Made by a program: the position numbers and the translations under genes. This document shows, piece by piece, positions 18,987 to 27,017 of a stretch of DNA of 45,784 bases. The DNA comes from Desulfobacteria bacterium (GTDB lineage: Bacteria; Desulfobacterota; Desulfobacteria; Desulfobacterales; C00003060): assembly GCA_041547605.1 (NCBI GenBank), contig JBFEUB010000002.1:1-45784 (forward strand). The letters are read 5' to 3'. Position 1 is the stretch's first letter, and the number at the start of each line of letters is the position of its first letter. The notes beneath the pieces are model-generated. The model searched no databases. It saw only the letters and a program-made list of their open reading frames with translations, and had not been told where the DNA came from.

Positions 18987-19108
18987 GAGACATCTCCAGG
19001 TACCGAAGATTCTTTCCCACGAAGTGTGGCCTTATAACAGAAACATAGAATAAAGTCAAGTAATAATAATCATTGACTAAATCAAAGGTTCATGTTAGTC
19101 GATTCTGT

Positions 19109-20383
19109 ATGCTGGGGACCAAGTTCATTAGACAAAACATAGAACTCGTGCAGGCATCGCTCCGCAAGCGTGGGCAAGCGTACGATCTTAGTCTGTTTAT
19201 GGACTGTGATGCAAAACGCCGGTCCATCCTGCTTGAAGTTGAAGAACTGAAACGCGCGCGCAACAAAGTCTCCGGGCAAATCGCCCAAATGAACAGGGAA
19301 AAACAAGACCCCGCAAACTTAATCGTCCAGATGCAGGAGGTTTCCCGGAAAATCAAAACATTAGACGAGGAGTTGTTTAAGCACGAGCAAACTCTCCACA
19401 AGATTTTGATGGAACTGCCCAATCTTCCGCATCCGTCTGTCCCGATAGGCAAAGATGCTGAGGACAATGTGGTGATCAGGACGTTCGGTGAACGTCGTTC
19501 TTTTGACTTTGAACCTTTGCCGCACTGGGAGATCGGAGAAAGGCTGGGAATTCTTGATTTTGAGCGCGCGGCCAAGATTGCCGGGGCACGTTTTGCCCTC
19601 TATCTTGGATTGGGGGCGCGGCTAGAGCGTGCCCTGATCAACTTCATGTTGGATGTGCAAACCAGGGAAAACGGATACCTGGAAGTCCTGCCTCCGTTCA
19701 TGACAAATCGCACCAGCACAACGGCCACAGGCCAACTTCCCAAGTTCGAGGAGGACCTTTTTAAGCTGGAAGGGTGGGACTATTACCTGGTGCCCACGGC
19801 CGAGGTGCCGGTGACCAATATCCACCAAAACGAAATCCTGGATGAAGAGAATCTTCCCAAGTTTTACACGGCCTACACACCGTGCTTCAGGTCTGAGGCG
19901 GGTTCTTACGGAAAGGACACCCGCGGACTGATTAGACAGCATCAGTTCAACAAGGTAGAGCTCGTAAAATTCACGACCCCGGAGAGTTCCTATGATGAGC
20001 TTGAAACGCTCTTGAACGATGCCGAAATGATCCTTCAGCGCCTGGGGCTCCATTATCAAGTTGTGGTGCTGTGCACAGGCGATATGGGCTTTTCCGCGGC
20101 CAAGACCTATGATATCGAGGTCTGGATGGCCGGGCAGCAGAAATACAGGGAGATCTCTTCATGCAGTAACTTCGAGGATTTTCAGGCCAGACGGGGCAAC
20201 ATTCGCTTTCGGAGAAAAGGAAGAAAGGGAACTGAACTGGTTCACACCCTGAACGGGTCTGGGTTGGCCGTGGGCCGGACCGTGGTGGCGATTCTGGAAA
20301 ACTTACAGCAAGAAGACGGGTCCGTCGTCATCCCAGAAGCGCTCAGGCCGTATATGGACGGCATTGACAGAATTGGCCCCTGA
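19109..20383 (+). CDS. serS: seryl-tRNA synthetase
   Basis: Has the N-terminal coiled-coil arm and class II core (TAEVPV..., [29 protein letters not shown]). The start was set to the ATG at 19109 ([10 protein letters not shown]). Confidence 0.9.
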   Translation: MLGTKFIRQNIELVQASLRKRGQAYDLSLFMDCDAKRRSILLEVEELKRARNKVSGQIAQMNREKQDPANLIVQMQEVSRKIKTLDEELFKHEQTLHKILMELPNLPHPSVPIGKDAEDNVVIRTFGERRSFDFEPLPHWEIGERLGILDFERAAKIAGARFALYLGLGARLERALINFMLDVQTRENGYLEVLPPFMTNRTSTTATGQLPKFEEDLFKLEGWDYYLVPTAEVPVTNIHQNEILDEENLPKFYTAYTPCFRSEAGSYGKDTRGLIRQHQFNKVELVKFTTPESSYDELETLLNDAEMILQRLGLHYQVVVLCTGDMGFSAAKTYDIEVWMAGQQKYREISSCSNFEDFQARRGNIRFRRKGRKGTELVHTLNGSGLAVGRTVVAILENLQQEDGSVVIPEALRPYMDGIDRIGP

Positions 20384-20424
20384 AGTGGAACCGGCCGGAA
20401 CCAGCCAGCCACGGCAAGAGGTAT

Positions 20425-20572
20425 AAATACGAAATAAGAATATCGAAATCCGAAACAATTTTCGAATCGCAAAAATTCGAATGACCAAAAGCTAAGGTCT
20501 AACTTACTTGAAGTAACCATGCCCAAAGTCAGATGTTTTGGTAATTCGTATTTTGGATTTGTTTCGGATTTC
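20425..20572. repeat. CGAAAT/TTCGAAT-rich intergenic repeat block
   Basis: AAATACGAA (20425-33) is complementary to TTCGTATTT (20545-53). GAAATCCGAAACAA (20445-58) is complementary to TTGTTTCGGATTTC (20559-72). There is also a palindrome TTCGAAT-N7-ATTCGAA (20461-81). Confidence 0.6.
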
Positions 20573-20622
20573 TCTGCTCGGGTGGGATAGGCAAGATAGT
20601 ATAAACTAAATTCTTCTTTCTT

Positions 20623-22131
20623 ATGATCTTCGAAGATTTCCCTCAACACATCCGGCCCTACTTGTTCCCTGAGGTCAGCGGTCAAGTGGTCTACCGGTGC
20701 CTGGACTGTGAGACAGAGTATGACATCCATCGCCTCCTCTATACCTGTCCTGCCTGCAAGAGCGTGCTTCTTCTGACTGACCTTGCCTTTGACCGATTGA
20801 AGCAGATCCCCTCGGACACCTGGCACCAGATCTTTGATTATCGGAAGATGCTCAATATCCCGGCACTCCAGGGAATATACCGATACCACGAGTTTATAGG
20901 ACCGATGATGCCCCTGGATGCAATCATCTACCTGGGCGAGGGGCACACCCCCATGGTGGAGGCGAACGCATACCTCCAGGACCTTGTGGGTGCCCGGTTC
21001 TACTTTAAGAACGAAGGCCAGAACCCGAGCGCGTCTTTTAAGGATCGGGGCATGGCAAGCGCCCTGAGCTATATCAAGTTTCTTGTCAACACCGGCAAGC
21101 TGGGTGATGTGCTCGCCGTGTGTGCATCGACTGGCGACACCTCTGCTTCTGCTGCCCTTTATGCCGCTTATCTTCAGCCAGCGGTGAAGTCCGCCGTATT
21201 ACTTCCCCATAAAAAGGTCACATCCCAGCAACTGGCCCAGCCACTGGGAAGTGGCGCCGTGGTCTTTGAGATCCCTGGCGTGTTTGACGATTCCATGAAG
21301 GTCGTGGAAGCCCTCTCTGAACAATACAACGTGGCACTTATGAACTCCAAGAACGCCTGGCGTATATGGGGCCAGGAGTCTTATTCCTACGAGATTGCCC
21401 AGGATTTTGACTACGACATGGACCGCAAGGTCATGGTGGTGCCAATTGGAAACGCTGGAAATATCACAGCCATCATCAGCGGTTTCTTGAAGTTTTTTGA
21501 GGCTGGCATCATAGACGGGCTTCCCAAGATCATTGGGGTGCAATCGACCCACGCCAACCCTGTGTATCGGTATTACCTGGAACCAGACCCTGCAAAGCGA
21601 CACTTCGCGCCTGTGAAGGTCCGGCCCAGTGTAGCCCAAGCGGCCATGATCGGAAACCCGGTCTCCATGCCTCGCGTGATTCAGCTGGTGGAGACCTACA
21701 ATCATAAAGCAGGCAACCAGGCCATCTTCTTTGCAGAAGTGGAGGAGCAGGCGATCATGGACTGGCAGCTCACCGCCAACCGCAACGGACACATTGCCTG
21801 TACCCAAGGCGGTGAGACCTTGGCCGGCCTGGTCGAGGCGAAAGGGCTCGGTATTGTGGGCAAAGACGATGTGGTGGTCCTCAATGCCACGGCCCATGCC
21901 CTGAAGTTTGCCGGTTTTCAGGCCATGTATTTTGAGAACCGCTTTCCCCCGGAATTCGAGATTGCGCCAAAAGCGTCCCTTCAGAATGCCCCGCGGCTTG
22001 TGCACCCTGAAGACCTGGATGCGGTCCCTACGCCGGATAAGCCCCTTAAAGGGAAAGACTTTGATCGTTTTGTCCAGCGGACGGCCGAGGCCATAGCCGA
22101 GGCACTGGGCTTGCCAGCGAAAGAGCCGTGA
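20623..22131 (+). CDS. thrC: threonine synthase (long form with N-terminal zinc ribbon)
   Basis: Has the PLP-lysine motif SFKDRG and an N-terminal CLDC...CPAC motif. 502 aa. Confidence 0.85.
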   Translation: MIFEDFPQHIRPYLFPEVSGQVVYRCLDCETEYDIHRLLYTCPACKSVLLLTDLAFDRLKQIPSDTWHQIFDYRKMLNIPALQGIYRYHEFIGPMMPLDAIIYLGEGHTPMVEANAYLQDLVGARFYFKNEGQNPSASFKDRGMASALSYIKFLVNTGKLGDVLAVCASTGDTSASAALYAAYLQPAVKSAVLLPHKKVTSQQLAQPLGSGAVVFEIPGVFDDSMKVVEALSEQYNVALMNSKNAWRIWGQESYSYEIAQDFDYDMDRKVMVVPIGNAGNITAIISGFLKFFEAGIIDGLPKIIGVQSTHANPVYRYYLEPDPAKRHFAPVKVRPSVAQAAMIGNPVSMPRVIQLVETYNHKAGNQAIFFAEVEEQAIMDWQLTANRNGHIACTQGGETLAGLVEAKGLGIVGKDDVVVLNATAHALKFAGFQAMYFENRFPPEFEIAPKASLQNAPRLVHPEDLDAVPTPDKPLKGKDFDRFVQRTAEAIAEALGLPAKEP

Positions 22132-22333
22132 TATGATATACCTTTGACCGGTATGCTCCCCGCAAGCCCCGCCCGGAAGGGTGGGGGGACTGCACCCTTA
22201 AATTATTTAATAGTTATTAAAAAGCTTAATAGATAGAGGATATCAGCATTCTGTGACAAAATCCGGCCCATTTATTACATAATGTGATGATATCTTTATC
22301 AAAAATGGCAAGAAAAACATGTTTTGTGCGTGA

Positions 22334-22349
22334 TGGCATAAAACTTGCT
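22334..22349 (+). promoter_or_regulatory. sigma-54 (-24/-12) promoter of the minor-pilin operon
   Basis: TGGCAT-AAAAC-TTGCT has canonical GG/GC spacing. It lies 25 nt upstream of the ATG at 22374, with the GAGGTGGA RBS in between. Confidence 0.75.
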
Positions 22350-22373
22350 GTTTCGATTACCCGAGGTGGAGTG

Positions 22374-22925
22374 ATGAAGAGACACGAAAAAGGGTTCACC
22401 CTGGTAGAACTCATGATCGCCGTGGCTGTCCTGGCTATCATCGCGGCCATTGCGGTTCCCAACTACAGAGAATATATCCCCAAAGCGAGGGCTACCGGCG
22501 CTGCCAGGGAACTCTTCACTGAAATGCAGTTGGCCAGGCAGAAGGCCATATCTCGCAACAACGACTATGTGATCACATTCAATACCGGTAATGACAGCTA
22601 TACGATCTACAATGATGTGGACAACGATGGTCCAGAAGTGGGTGAAGTGGTAAAAACGATTTACATAGAAGATCATTACAAGGGGATCGGGTTCGGGTAT
22701 ATTGCAGGAAACAATCCGAGCGGCAGCCCGATCACGGGCAAGGTAACCTTTACGGACGACAAGTTTGCATTCGAGGCGACAGGTTTGGCCAACAAAGCCG
22801 GTGCTGTGTATCTCATTCCAAAGGAGGATATCGGTGCCTCCAGGAAAGACCGGCAAAGGGCTCTCACCGTGTTAGTGAGCGGGCGGGTGCGGTTATATGC
22901 TCACAACGGGACGGGTTGGCAGTAA
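22374..22925 (+). CDS. GspH/FimT-family minor (pseudo)pilin
   Basis: Has the prepilin signal KG|FTLVELMIAVAVLAIIAAIAVP. The start was set to the ATG at 22374. The body resembles the GspH/FimT domain. Confidence 0.75.
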   Translation: MKRHEKGFTLVELMIAVAVLAIIAAIAVPNYREYIPKARATGAARELFTEMQLARQKAISRNNDYVITFNTGNDSYTIYNDVDNDGPEVGEVVKTIYIEDHYKGIGFGYIAGNNPSGSPITGKVTFTDDKFAFEATGLANKAGAVYLIPKEDIGASRKDRQRALTVLVSGRVRLYAHNGTGWQ

Positions 22926-22999
22926 GGACTGTTCCCGTTTGATGGCTAGGCGCGGCGAATCTTGAAGGGAAGGGAAATCATATCATTGTGAGTACACAA

Positions 23000-23374
23000 A
23001 TGAAGAAAAAAAAGAGATATTCCACCACAGGGTTTACCCTACTGGAAGTCTTAATTGCGATCATCGTCTTGTCGTTCGCTCTACTGGCCATGGCCACCCT
23101 GGCTGGCTCTATCATGGGTTACAACAAGTTCGCGGATCATATGACCAAGGCCACCACCCTGTGTGAGGACAAAATTGAAGAATTTCAGAATGCTGATTAT
23201 TATGCCATTACAGGTTCAGCTTCTGATGAAACCGTTGAAACCCACTACACACGATCCTGGAGGGTTTACAGTGACGAACCACATACTGACATGAAGACCG
23301 TTGATGTGAGGGTGACATTTCAGTGGCAGAACAGATCCCATGATGTGGAACTTGCCACAATCATTATCAAATAA
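23000..23374 (+). CDS. pilV: PilV-like minor pilin
   Basis: Has the prepilin signal TG|FTLLEVLIAIIVLSFALLA. About 124 aa counted from the ATG at 23000; the ORF track starts at the GTG at 22988. Confidence 0.7.
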   Translation: MKKKKRYSTTGFTLLEVLIAIIVLSFALLAMATLAGSIMGYNKFADHMTKATTLCEDKIEEFQNADYYAITGSASDETVETHYTRSWRVYSDEPHTDMKTVDVRVTFQWQNRSHDVELATIIIK

Positions 23375-23418
23375 GACTGTTTTCCTTGTGCCAGGGACCA
23401 TGAAAGGAGATTCCGGTC

Positions 23419-24504
23419 ATGTCTGACAAAGGATTCACACTCGTTGAGATCTTGGTGGCCATCTTTGCCTCCCTGATTGTGCTCGGAGCCATTGCTGCTA
23501 CGTTTATTATACAAAACAAGAGCTACGACCGAGAGGACCAGATTGTTGATATGCAGGAAAATGTAAGGGCTGCCATGCAGATATTGACTGCCAAGCTTCG
23601 CATGACAGGCTATGATCCCACCGGTTTAACCGGGGCGGGGCTCGTTGCAGCAGATTCTGACAGCATTCAGTTCACCATGGACCTCAACGGGGATGGCGAT
23701 ATACTCGACACCAATCCAGATGAGGACATCACCTTTGCCTTGGACACCACCGACCTGCAACTGACCATGGACGGTCAGCCTGTGGCTGAGAATATTCCAA
23801 CCAATGGCCTTGTGCTGACGTATTTTGACAGCAATGATAACCAATTAACCACCCCCCTTTCCGCGGGAGACCTTGCCCGGGTTACGCGGATTACGATCCA
23901 GTTAACAGCCAGAACCAAGAAACCCGACCCTGATTATCCGGGGGGGTACCGGACACGGACACTCACCTCTGATGTGGTCGTGCCGAATTTGGCCCTGAGC
24001 AGCGCAACCACGACAGCCACGACAACCGTGGGGACTACGACCGAAGGGACGACAACAGTGGGGACGACAACAGAAGAGACCACGACGTCCGAGACCACAA
24101 CATCGGAGACCACGACATCGGAGACAACGACGTCCGCGACGACCACCGCGGAAACAACGACGACTGAACCCGGAACCACGGCAACGACGACTACAGAGCC
24201 TGTAGATTTGGAAGGCCCTACGATTGCGAATATCGTGCAGGCTCCTCCCGGGGGGCAGATCATGAACAATCGGGATGTAGCTGTTTGCGCCGATATCACA
24301 GACCCTTCTGGCCTACAAAGCTTGGTCTTATGGACGGATAGAGATGGAGCCCTTGGGATGACGCCAGAAGGTGGCAATACTTACTGTGGAGTGATTCCAA
24401 GCCACAACAACAAGTTTACGACGTACTACATCCTGGCACAGGATATCCTGGGCAATGAGACGCAGAGTGCCTCATTCACGTATGAGCAGGGTCCGCTTTA
24501 CTAG
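23419..24504 (+). CDS. PilW-like minor pilin with Thr-rich linker and C-terminal 2-Cys domain
   Basis: Has the prepilin signal KG|FTLVEILVAIFASLIVL and a PilW-like core. A Thr-rich linker spans about aa 195-260, followed by a ~100-aa C-terminal domain that is conserved in the 27018-28139 paralog. Confidence 0.7.
   Translation: MSDKGFTLVEILVAIFASLIVLGAIAATFIIQNKSYDREDQIVDMQENVRAAMQILTAKLRMTGYDPTGLTGAGLVAADSDSIQFTMDLNGDGDILDTNPDEDITFALDTTDLQLTMDGQPVAENIPTNGLVLTYFDSNDNQLTTPLSAGDLARVTRITIQLTARTKKPDPDYPGGYRTRTLTSDVVVPNLALSSATTTATTTVGTTTEGTTTVGTTTEETTTSETTTSETTTSETTTSATTTAETTTTEPGTTATTTTEPVDLEGPTIANIVQAPPGGQIMNNRDVAVCADITDPSGLQSLVLWTDRDGALGMTPEGGNTYCGVIPSHNNKFTTYYILAQDILGNETQSASFTYEQGPLY
24001..24198 (+). 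repeat. in-frame tandem coding repeats (Thr-rich linker)
   Basis: Four imperfect 15-bp units GAGACCACGACGTCC (ETTTS) at 24076-24135 are preceded by VGTTTE(G/E)TTT duplications. Confidence 0.8.
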
Positions 24505-24542
24505 AATCCGTTGCGTGCATAGAAAGGCCTTAGGAGGATATT

Positions 24543-25943
24543 ATGCAGGTCCTAAAACCATATAACAACGAACGTGGCTCGGTCTTGGTCACGAGTCTGC
24601 TATTTATGGCAATCTTGGCTATCATGGGGACGGCAGCGTATTTGAGTTCCTCCAACGATCTGAAGATCAGCAAGAATTACAAGATAGCCAAAGAGGCGTT
24701 CTATGCGGCCGAAGCCGGGCTGGAAGAGGCAAGGGGGCGGCTCAGGGGCTCAACTGGGGAGACGTATTGGGCAGGTGATCCCAACGGGGGAACCCCGGAC
24801 CCAAATTGGTCGGCTTATATCTTGACGCCTTTCACCGCCGCAGACTTTGTCTCCAATCCGGACCCCGAGTACGACTCCAACCAAACGAATTATTTTCCGG
24901 TTGCGGGAAGTTACACGTGGATGATCCCTACGACCAATAATATTTGGAGCCTAAAGGGGAAAACCACGTTTGTGCAGTTCGGGGTGAAGATCAGACACAA
25001 GAGAGAATACGACGCCGAGCAGGACGGACACACCACAGCCGCGCCCCACTACATTGATGGTGATGGCAGCACGTCTGGCGGTCATACCACTTCGTCGCGC
25101 GGCAGCATTATTTATTATGGGTATGAAGACCCAGCCCGCCCGTATCAGCTGGTTCAATTCACCACGTCGGGCGGCACAAACTATGAGCCGGTTGAAATCA
25201 TGAGGGCCTACGGATTCGGTGGGAATTTCGCCGGAGATGACTATAGTATGAGGGTCATTGAGATCGAGGTGGTGCGTCACCCGGGCCCGGCAATAAACTC
25301 TACCCTATATTCAGAGCAAAATATAAGTTTCAACGGAGGTGCTGCCAACATCAACGGAATAGATCAAGGCAGTGGAACAAATTGCGGGGGGGATGACCTG
25401 CCGCCGGTCTATACAAAGACGCCAGCCGTGACAGATCCGAGCGGGGCTTCTTCGAGCACCTTTAACGGGTCTCCGCCAGTCCCGGTGCAGGGACCGGCGG
25501 ATTATGACGTCCCGACCCTGGTCAGGAGCTACACGGCTGCGAGAGATATCACGCTTACGAGCGCTGATGGTTGCCTTCAAACAGGCATCCCGAACCACGA
25601 CACTTACGGGTCTTCTTCCGACTTTGTTACCGTGTATGTAGATCCCTCAGGATGTCCCGGGGGTGTCATGGGATTCAATAATATTACTGGTTGGGGCCTC
25701 CTTTTGGTGGACGGGGATGTGGCCTTTGGAGGCATCAGCAAGTGGAACGGGCTGGTCCTGGTTGGGGGCACGACCACTGCTTCGGGTGGCGGCGGTGCAG
25801 GACTGAACGTTGAAGGGGCGCTGATGTCAGAATCGACAGTGACTATTAACGGTTCCATCAATGCCCAATATAACAGTTGTTATATATTGGCTGCCTTTCA
25901 GACCCAATCGCCCGATATCATCAGCTGGAGAGAGATTCATTGA
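24543..25943 (+). CDS. pilX: PilX-N-domain protein, oversized (466 aa)
   Basis: The N-terminus (ERGSVLVTSLLFMAILAIMGTAAYLSSSNDLKISKN...AFYAAEAGLEEA) is PilX_N-like, and AGGAGGA lies upstream. A large G/T/S-rich C-terminal extension follows. Confidence 0.65.
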   Translation: MQVLKPYNNERGSVLVTSLLFMAILAIMGTAAYLSSSNDLKISKNYKIAKEAFYAAEAGLEEARGRLRGSTGETYWAGDPNGGTPDPNWSAYILTPFTAADFVSNPDPEYDSNQTNYFPVAGSYTWMIPTTNNIWSLKGKTTFVQFGVKIRHKREYDAEQDGHTTAAPHYIDGDGSTSGGHTTSSRGSIIYYGYEDPARPYQLVQFTTSGGTNYEPVEIMRAYGFGGNFAGDDYSMRVIEIEVVRHPGPAINSTLYSEQNISFNGGAANINGIDQGSGTNCGGDDLPPVYTKTPAVTDPSGASSSTFNGSPPVPVQGPADYDVPTLVRSYTAARDITLTSADGCLQTGIPNHDTYGSSSDFVTVYVDPSGCPGGVMGFNNITGWGLLLVDGDVAFGGISKWNGLVLVGGTTTASGGGGAGLNVEGALMSESTVTINGSINAQYNSCYILAAFQTQSPDIISWREIH

Positions 25944-26494
25944 CGCCGTTTGTCAAGTGTAACCCGTATCTCATCTTGCATGGCGAGTATTTCATCCACC
26001 TGATGCCGGTAAACACGGTAGAACCCGCCGCGGATGATTTTTTCCCTAAGGCCTTTCAATGCCTCTGAGAACTTGAAAAGCTCGTCGTTTGTCATGATGT
26101 AGCGAAACGCTCCGAAACGTTCCTTGGCCGCCTTGAACTCTTCCAGCAGTTTCTTTGCTTCCTCTGTTTCTTCCTTGGGGGCTGTTGCCGTCTCTTTTTC
26201 CGTCTCTGGCTTGGCTTGTGCCGGGGCTGGTTCAGGCTCAGGCACAGGTTCTTCCACAGGCACTGGCTGCACCTCTATGTAGGGGACGTCTGATTCCTGG
26301 ATGGTGCGGATGTGATCCTTTTGAATGGCCACAACGCCTCCGTAGTAGGGAAACTTCACCTGGTTGCCCTCGTCCCAATACTCGGAAACGAAAAACTTCT
26401 TCCTGTTTTTCAGCTCAATGAGATAGGAACCGATACAGATGGAAGGATAGATAAGAAGAGCGATGGCGATCCACACGGCGAGTATTCTTTTCAT
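25937..26494 (-). CDS. hypothetical secreted or membrane-anchored protein
   Basis: 185 aa with an N-terminal hydrophobic signal, a PVPVEEPVPEPEPAP linker and a helical C-terminus. It is convergent with pilX and overlaps it by 7 nt. Confidence 0.5.
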   Translation of the reverse strand: MKRILAVWIAIALLIYPSICIGSYLIELKNRKKFFVSEYWDEGNQVKFPYYGGVVAIQKDHIRTIQESDVPYIEVQPVPVEEPVPEPEPAPAQAKPETEKETATAPKEETEEAKKLLEEFKAAKERFGAFRYIMTNDELFKFSEALKGLREKIIRGGFYRVYRHQVDEILAMQDEIRVTLDKRRQ

Positions 26495-26772
26495 GACGGT
26501 CTCCCGAGTCGTATCTGTTTGGTGGTACGGAACCGAATAGAGTCCACGAATTAACCCTCACGGCCGAAATCGAAACCTAGCAAAGTGAAGGCGTGAAAAA
26601 ACCCATGGGTTATGTTAAAGTTTAGCCATGCCTTAACCCAAAGTCAAGAGTGTGTCGATCAACGCGCATCTCCTGTCTTCTTAGCGTTTCAGGAGTCTGC
26701 CCCGACGCATCGGCAGGAAAAGCCTCGATCACTGGTCATCGCCGTTGCTGTTTGATCTACCGTGGGTCCATG

Positions 26773-26833
26773 TTGAACTACAACAGCGAGCGGATTCCCT
26801 GTTTCGATTGATTGGGACTGCAGGGAGCTTCAA
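26773..26833 (-). repeat. MITE/REP-like dispersed repeat, short form (copy 6)
   Basis: Reads TTGAACTACAACAGCGAGCGGATTCCCTG, then a core, then CTGCAGGGAGCTTCAA. Confidence 0.8.
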
Positions 26834-27017
26834 ACGTGCATTCGGCTTTATGATTAATGTTGAAAATGACCCATCAATGTGCCATGGTACAAACCGCTGG
26901 ATGATTGCGTGCATTCCGTTTTTATCCCCCTGGACACCTGAGCCTCTGAGGGGGAAGGCGCTTCCTTGACCGGAGTCTTCCACAGAATAAGAGATGAATA
27001 GAGAAGAGATTGTAAAG

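Noticed and set aside
23934-24377. Val-rich, Arg/Cys-rich and Asn/Asp/His-rich ORFs across the Thr-linker regions (23934..24377, 27198..27848, 27511..27795, 27551..27865, 27560..27916).
   Set aside because: These are frame and strand artefacts of ACN-codon repeats. The sense frames give complete prepilin-type proteins.
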